Positions 32,618 to 38,599 of a DNA stretch of 38,599 bases are shown piece by piece. The position numbers were made by a program, and so were the translations under genes. The DNA lies in assembly GCA_018985235.1 (NCBI GenBank), contig JADGIG010000027.1, positions 1 to 38,599 of the forward strand. Direction: 5' to 3'. The stretch comes from Sanchytrium tribonematis. Its lineage: Eukaryota. The notes under the pieces were generated by a model. The model worked only from the letters and a program-made list of their open reading frames with translations, was not told where the DNA came from and ran no database searches. Position 1 is the first letter of the stretch; each line of letters begins with the position of its first letter.

Positions 32618-35600
32618 ATGCATAACCCTATCGTACCGTTAACAGGTAAAAACGAAATAGAATTGTTATTTGATCAGTGCATTAGTGATGTAGAAAATGA
32701 CCAACACAAAACTGAGAAGAATAAAGACCTACAAATAAAGGCATTGTGGAGATTCCACGAATTTTGTCGACAAGAGAATATAAAAGAGAACTCACAACTT
32801 CGTAACGCAGCTCTGTTATTTCTTCAGAAAGATACATTTAGTGGCATGTTCACAAAAGCTGGTGTGAAACCAGCTGTATTTAGAATTTGTGAAATTGCAA
32901 ATGTGCGGGCACCAACAACTGATGAGATAAAAGACCAGTCGCACAAAATTATTGATTCTCGATTGCGCTCAAGATCTGTGAACAAATTAGAAGATCTTAG
33001 ATCGTCAAATCAGAGTATTGCTGGAGATACCTCCAATCCAGGTCACATTGTAAGTTCTATTGAAATAGAGCCTAATAGTGATAGCAAAAAAGAAATTCAA
33101 GATATAATTGTTAATGTTAAAAAATCTTTTCCCTCAGATTGGTCCGAGGAATTTAGAAAAAATGTAGAAAAAACATTAGATGATTTTGGTATATTTACAA
33201 AAGGCCATACGATTTCAGAAATCCCAGAGATGATTTCAGAATATCTACAACCGTTTCGTACAAACATGTCTACATTTCAAAATACGAAATCTAAACTTAA
33301 GAAACTTACTGATTATTTGAAAATTTCTATGCCAAATATTACACTTGCACGCCAAGAAATATTAAGTGTACCAAAGAAAGTTATTCGTGGCTCGCTGTCT
33401 CCAAAACCAAGTGGAATCAAAAAACCAATAGCCAAGAGTCTTTCTTCTAATAACTTACAGAATAGTCAGATTAAAAAATTATTCCAGTCTGTCATGAAAT
33501 CTTTTCAAACTTTATCTCCAAGTACGGTTAAACATTACACTGAGTCTTTGATGTGCTTTGAAAATTTTTGTGCAGAAAATCAGATCAACTCTCTCGATCA
33601 ATTACAAAATGCATGTTTTGATCATCTAGGATCTATTAAGAAAAAACATGTGTTCAACAAAGCGAGAACTATAGTAAAACGAATTTTAAAAATGGCGAAT
33701 ATGTGGAAAGATGAAATGTTAGATAGTTTTAAGCAATTAAAAGTGGCTCCTACAAATACAGACTTGATACCCGCAGACTTTAGGCTAGAGAGTGCAGAGT
33801 CGCATAAGAGACTTGTCGGCCGACTTAGAAAAAAACCAAAATCATCTTCAGAATGCGAGACCAATATCGTGAATGAAACTGAAAATGTTCAAACTCCGAT
33901 TGAAAAGTCAATGACTGAATTAGTCTCAAAGAACGATACAACTGCAGACCCGTTTGAAACACTTTCTATAAGTCTTATTTGTGCATCGGTGTTGGAAAAG
34001 TACTCTAACTCATCAAATTCGAAGCAATTTCAAGAGGAAGTGCTTCGATTTGCAGATTATTTTAACATTCACAAATATCGTATAAATGAAATTGAGTTGG
34101 CCTTGACAAATTATAAAGAGGACCTTTTTAGAGAAAAAGAAGCCATTTTAAGCAAAATTTACAATACATTTTTGTTCCAGCGAAACCAAAATATACCCAA
34201 GATTGAAAAATCAAACATTGTGAGTGGAAATCTAGCTGAAAAAGACTTGGATGTCAAAGATGTAATTGTCACATCAAACATTGTAAATGAAAATTTAGAT
34301 CATAAAGTCTCGAAACCCAAAGATATAAACCATAATATGATGGAGAATACGCCACAAACTGTTAAGCAAGTTGGTGCATCCAGCCCTTCAATGAGCTCAA
34401 TGGAATTTGTCACTACGAACAAGAAAGCTAAAGTATATGCTTCTTCTGACAATGATGTCTTTGCGAGTGTTCAAAGTGAAATATATAATATTTGTCAGGA
34501 AGTCGTTAAAAACCTGGATTGCAAACCTAGTACTATAAAATGTTACTCCTTAATATTGGACCGCTTTGTACTTCGTTGTCACAATTGGAAGTTGTTTAAA
34601 GTTGGGCAATTAAAGGAGGGAATAAGACGATTTGTTCAAAACTACTCAAATGAGGGAGACAATTCCAAAATTGTGTTACGAAAAGTAGCAAAAGCCGCTG
34701 GAGTTGATGCTACATCTATTTTGGGGCGAGGTCGTAGAGTTCCAAAGAAACCAAGTCAATCCAAGATTGCGGCTTCTAAAAAATCCCAAAAAATGGTCAG
34801 ACCAATTTTACGTAAATCAAATTCTGTAGATTTTACAAAAATCAAGGAAGAGTTGAGACAAATCATGTTTTGTAAAGCTCAATTGTTACTCGATTCAGGG
34901 TCTTCGTTCGATCATGATTTGGCGTTGATCACATTTCGCCAGGAGATTGATGGTATCTTCGATCAAAAGGTACCTTTGAATGTAGCAGATGAATACTCAA
35001 AGATAAAGAATGACTTTTGCTCAGAAATTATGGCTGAATTTGAGAAATTACTTCAAAATAGAGAATATCAATCAAAAATTGAATTTATTGCACAACCAGA
35101 TAATATGGTAACTGCCACCGAAGATCAATTGCCAATAATCTTAACAGAAGACCCAAATCCAAAGATTACTGAAACAATCAATTTAATATCCAGTGAGGTT
35201 GATAGAATCTCGAAAGAAAAGCCTCCATCAATGAATTCCAACAAAGAAAACTCACAAAATTATGAAAATTTGAAGATATCGCAAGCAAATGATCAGATGA
35301 AGAGCGAAAACAAATCTGTGTCAAACAATTTTTTAAATGATGCAAGTACTCAATTACTGAAGAAAGAAGCAATAATAGAGCTATGCGATTCAGCTTTGAA
35401 AAATGTCGATTCTTTTGAAATGGAGCAATCTATACAAAAATTTATTCAATACTGTCGCAAATATAAAAAGAACAGCATTTTAAATTTGGAAGATACCCTC
35501 ATTCGATTTTTAGTAGAGGAATTTAGGAATGGAAATGCAGATTCTCTGCGCCACACAGAACTTATCTCTAAACCAGCAAATATCGTCATAGATAAAGAAA

Positions 35601-35638
35601 GCATTTTAGATAAAACTTTTGATTATTATAATTACTAA
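32618..35638 (+). CDS. Helical-module repeat protein, paralog 4 of 4
   Basis: First ATG at 32618; LSPSTVKHY..F..FC, CKPSTIKCY..F..C, SRLRS, EIELALTNYK; N-terminal module closely matches paralog 3. Confidence 0.85.
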   Translation: MHNPIVPLTGKNEIELLFDQCISDVENDQHKTEKNKDLQIKALWRFHEFCRQENIKENSQLRNAALLFLQKDTFSGMFTKAGVKPAVFRICEIANVRAPTTDEIKDQSHKIIDSRLRSRSVNKLEDLRSSNQSIAGDTSNPGHIVSSIEIEPNSDSKKEIQDIIVNVKKSFPSDWSEEFRKNVEKTLDDFGIFTKGHTISEIPEMISEYLQPFRTNMSTFQNTKSKLKKLTDYLKISMPNITLARQEILSVPKKVIRGSLSPKPSGIKKPIAKSLSSNNLQNSQIKKLFQSVMKSFQTLSPSTVKHYTESLMCFENFCAENQINSLDQLQNACFDHLGSIKKKHVFNKARTIVKRILKMANMWKDEMLDSFKQLKVAPTNTDLIPADFRLESAESHKRLVGRLRKKPKSSSECETNIVNETENVQTPIEKSMTELVSKNDTTADPFETLSISLICASVLEKYSNSSNSKQFQEEVLRFADYFNIHKYRINEIELALTNYKEDLFREKEAILSKIYNTFLFQRNQNIPKIEKSNIVSGNLAEKDLDVKDVIVTSNIVNENLDHKVSKPKDINHNMMENTPQTVKQVGASSPSMSSMEFVTTNKKAKVYASSDNDVFASVQSEIYNICQEVVKNLDCKPSTIKCYSLILDRFVLRCHNWKLFKVGQLKEGIRRFVQNYSNEGDNSKIVLRKVAKAAGVDATSILGRGRRVPKKPSQSKIAASKKSQKMVRPILRKSNSVDFTKIKEELRQIMFCKAQLLLDSGSSFDHDLALITFRQEIDGIFDQKVPLNVADEYSKIKNDFCSEIMAEFEKLLQNREYQSKIEFIAQPDNMVTATEDQLPIILTEDPNPKITETINLISSEVDRISKEKPPSMNSNKENSQNYENLKISQANDQMKSENKSVSNNFLNDASTQLLKKEAIIELCDSALKNVDSFEMEQSIQKFIQYCRKYKKNSILNLEDTLIRFLVEEFRNGNADSLRHTELISKPANIVIDKESILDKTFDYYNY

Positions 35639-35682
35639 TAAATTTTGAATATTATTAAATGAAAAATTCCATATATTTATTC

Positions 35683-37662
35683 TTAGGCAAACAACTTCAT
35701 TGCACTTTCTAAAGATTGTTGCTTCTTCTTTAGGTCTTTGCGATGATTTTCTACGCCTTTAGGTTCAACCAAAATTGAGTCTAATTCCTTGTCAGAAAAC
35801 TGCAATTCTTCCGAAAACTTCTTCATCAACGGGTTGAGCAAATGCTGATTCAATAATTTTGGAACATTGTCAACAAATCGTTTACATGCCACTGGAATGT
35901 AAGAAGCCAAGCATACTCGCATATCATTTGCTTCACGAGTTTCAGGACTGACATTTTCACCGATATCCACAGAACTCAAAATCCTATAAACCGTATCTAT
36001 ATAGACTTCTGAGTGACCCGGGTCTTTGGTAGATCTATACTTCTCCAATTCCGTTTTAATACGATTAAATCTTAGATTTGCAAGAATTTTGTGCATTTCA
36101 TCATTGAGCGTAGATGGTCGTTGCTCCTCCAAATATGAATCCCAAACAATATTTCTTGATTTCTTAACTAAATCCTCCAATAAGGCTATAAACTTGCTTT
36201 CTATCTTGTTTTTCAAAGCCTCGTGCTTCGTACTATGGTTGACCAAAAATTTGCAAAATGCAGTCAATTCATTCTCGTATGATTCTAATAATGCTTTCGT
36301 AGGATTTTCCCAATTCTTAATCCACTCAGTAAACAAAATACAAAAGACATCATAGGAAGCAAAGATTGACAACTGGTCTCCTCTAGAATCTCGAATTTGA
36401 TTTAGAATATCTTTTTGAGGAAAAAACTCTTCATTCTCTACTAACTCTTCCCAATTTTTACTTTCTTCCAAGATATTGCTAAATTTCAAGTCACTCTTGA
36501 TTAAGATTGCTCTGAGACGATTTTCCTTTTCGTGAAATAGTCTGCTATCGCAACTTGAGTAAGCTCCTTTGAGTGCGAACCCAATATTAGATTTCATGTT
36601 GTCTAAAATTTTTGAATACAAATTTCTTCGTTCTGAAGTAGTTTCCAAAGTAGGACCAAGTTCTTTCAAGTCGACATTACATTTCTCCAATTGATTGCAT
36701 ATTTCTTCCCTCACCACAGGTAAGGCTGCTCGAATTCTATCCTCAAGTAAGCCAACAAGTGTTCCTTTTAACTGCTTGACTCCCCAAAGGGAACAGTCTA
36801 CTTGATTCCAAGGTTCAGTAGTTTCAAAAAACTCAATTTCTTGCCTCAATCCTTCTTGGATTGTCATTCCGTTATTTAAATCTTTCTGACCGCGACATTT
36901 TACAGCATGATATCCTAATTTTAAGTGTCTTTTTCTGTTTAAAAGCAAGTCGATCACTGAATCTTCCGCACCCTCATCAACTAAGTCTGGCTTGGTAATA
37001 ATGCAAATTGTACGATCACCCTCTGGATCTGCTTCAGAGGCTGCTTGCAAAATTTCGGAATTGTGAAAATCAACATTGGCAGGGGCAACTGCTAATATGA
37101 CTGTTCTCTTGTGAACCAAATATCTCTTGACAAGTTGCTGAATGCGCTTAATTATTGCCTGATCTTCTCCATCTTGAACAGTTCTGACAAGACCAGGTAA
37201 ATCAGTCAGAGTCAAATTTGGCAAGTTTGGTCCTTTCAAATCGATCACAATTGAGTCATCACTAATATTTTGACCTTCTTCTACTAATATTTTTGTAAAA
37301 TCCTCGATTACTTTAGTCACATCCTTCATATTGGAAAGGGTTCGCGAAATGGATTCTTTGTTTAGGCTTTTGTCATATCTACTTATTTTGGCAGAGCCCC
37401 GAAATTGTTTACCTTGGCTTAAAATCAATTGCGTTGGACATCTTGTAGTTAACTTATCGTTAGCAGGAAATTGGATGCCTGAGATTGCAGACAACAAAGA
37501 ACTTTTTCCACTGGACGTATCACCCATAACGGCAATTTGCGGTAGTTGAACGTATTTATCAACATTATGATCTCTTAAACTTTCGATTGTATTTCTGAGA
37601 TATACATTCTCAAATTCATCTAAGGAGTCAGTAACCATAAATATGAATTTCTGGGGACCCAT
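35683..37662 (-). CDS. Mx-like dynamin-family GTPase (start at 37662 or 37638)
   Basis: LPQIAVMGDTSSGKS (G1), TRCP (G2), DLPG (G3), TKPD (G4), GYHAVKCRGQ and a C-terminal GED-like region; no PH or proline-rich domain. Confidence 0.92.
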   Translation of the reverse strand: MGPQKFIFMVTDSLDEFENVYLRNTIESLRDHNVDKYVQLPQIAVMGDTSSGKSSLLSAISGIQFPANDKLTTRCPTQLILSQGKQFRGSAKISRYDKSLNKESISRTLSNMKDVTKVIEDFTKILVEEGQNISDDSIVIDLKGPNLPNLTLTDLPGLVRTVQDGEDQAIIKRIQQLVKRYLVHKRTVILAVAPANVDFHNSEILQAASEADPEGDRTICIITKPDLVDEGAEDSVIDLLLNRKRHLKLGYHAVKCRGQKDLNNGMTIQEGLRQEIEFFETTEPWNQVDCSLWGVKQLKGTLVGLLEDRIRAALPVVREEICNQLEKCNVDLKELGPTLETTSERRNLYSKILDNMKSNIGFALKGAYSSCDSRLFHEKENRLRAILIKSDLKFSNILEESKNWEELVENEEFFPQKDILNQIRDSRGDQLSIFASYDVFCILFTEWIKNWENPTKALLESYENELTAFCKFLVNHSTKHEALKNKIESKFIALLEDLVKKSRNIVWDSYLEEQRPSTLNDEMHKILANLRFNRIKTELEKYRSTKDPGHSEVYIDTVYRILSSVDIGENVSPETREANDMRVCLASYIPVACKRFVDNVPKLLNQHLLNPLMKKFSEELQFSDKELDSILVEPKGVENHRKDLKKKQQSLESAMKLFA

Positions 37663-38108
37663 TTTATTCGTACACACGTGATGTTAACCAATAGTGCATG
37701 AGCTTATAAATGTGTTGGGGCCTTTGTCAATGTTTATGTAAAGAATTTCGATTCGTTTGAAAAAATTAGGGAACTTCAAATAGAATATTGAAAGAGTATT
37801 CGGTGATATTGAGGCTATAATAGAGCTGATCTAAATAGTACGTAGTAAAGAATCTCACATTTTGCACTTCTACAGAAACTACACCATTTACGTATATTAG
37901 GAAGGTCACTTGATAATGCTGTAGAAGCAGATTGTTGATCCAGAAAACTTATATCGAAATTGAATAAAGTATAGGTCTATATTGAAAGACTTGCTAAAAA
38001 TGGCCACTTTTTCAGCAAGACTGGGAAATTTGTGTTTCAACTAATTTTTGCAAGTGGCTTGAATTTCTCTGAAATTTACGTTTTTCGTTTAGGCCACTCT
38101 GCTTTATA

Positions 38109-38599
38109 ATGAAATTACTGAAGGCAATAAGTAGCAAATTTACTAAGTGGAGGGAAAGAAGATTTGGAAATAGAACTGAACCAAGAGTGGGATTCATGGA
38201 AAGAGTCAAAACCTTTTTGAATTTGGATGTTCAAATTATAGTTAAACTGAGTGAGGCTGAGGTTCACATTCCAGACAAGCCCTTGCAGCCAGAAGAGGTG
38301 GAAGTTACCTTTGTGGATAAGGATGGAAACTTTCTAAGAACAGAAATCTTTTACAAAGAAAAGAAAATTGAAGATACCCAACATCTCGAGGTATCCCCTT
38401 TGAATTCAAGCTTGGAAAACAACAATCAGGCTGCGGATGTAAATGAGGAAGCAGCGGGCAAATTACCTCAAGATTTTACCTTTGATATTAAAATTGAGAA
38501 ATTAAATTTAGAGTTGCTAAACATATATGAGAATTCATGCAATCTTGCAGACAACTCAGTATCAAACTTAAACTTGGATTTTGTTGCTGATGTATTCCA
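38109..38599 (+). CDS. Hypothetical protein, 3' truncated by the window edge
   Basis: Open frame from ATG 38109 (MKLLKAISSKFTKW...) to the end of the window, 163 codons without a stop. Confidence 0.55.
   Translation, partial: MKLLKAISSKFTKWRERRFGNRTEPRVGFMERVKTFLNLDVQIIVKLSEAEVHIPDKPLQPEEVEVTFVDKDGNFLRTEIFYKEKKIEDTQHLEVSPLNSSLENNNQAADVNEEAAGKLPQDFTFDIKIEKLNLELLNIYENSCNLADNSVSNLNLDFVADVF

Noticed and set aside
25699..37549. Numerous 60-110 aa antisense ORFs over the large genes
   Set aside because: Shadow ORFs on the opposite strand of well-supported genes.
1..38599. Alternative genetic code (TAR or TGA read-through)
   Set aside because: Conserved genes end at TAA, TAG or TGA at expected positions; internal stops occur only in decayed elements or inside the two introns' unspliced frames.

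Overview
AT-rich eukaryotic DNA using the standard genetic code. It looks like an early-diverging fungus or relative (inference from MAP2, DBP5, a PIG-P/GPI19-like gene, a fungal-type S8 protease and Ty3/pogo relics). Three zones: (1) 1-7.5 kb is a very compact housekeeping block: Zn-ADH, an inverted gene pair, a metallo-beta-lactamase-fold protein, MAP2, PIG-P and DBP5. Two of these genes can only be completed by removing GT-AG introns of exactly 19 nt. (2) About 7.5-21.6 kb is a gene desert of decayed mobile DNA: two pogo-like transposase relics, Ty3/Gypsy pol and protease relics, and a ~4.9 kb segment bounded by ~190 bp inverted repeats that carries two divergent broken genes. (3) 21.7-38.6 kb holds a GT91/GH130-like beta-propeller, a subtilisin whose catalytic Ser is replaced by Asp, four tandem paralogous large proteins and an Mx-like dynamin. 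The four paralogs are built from repeated helical modules resembling tyrosine-recombinase core-binding (SAM-like) domains, have no visible catalytic domain, and each carries a conserved SRLRS motif resembling a nucleosome acidic-patch anchor. The best novelty candidates are this four-gene array and the 19-nt introns. All family assignments come from motif recognition by eye, not database searches.
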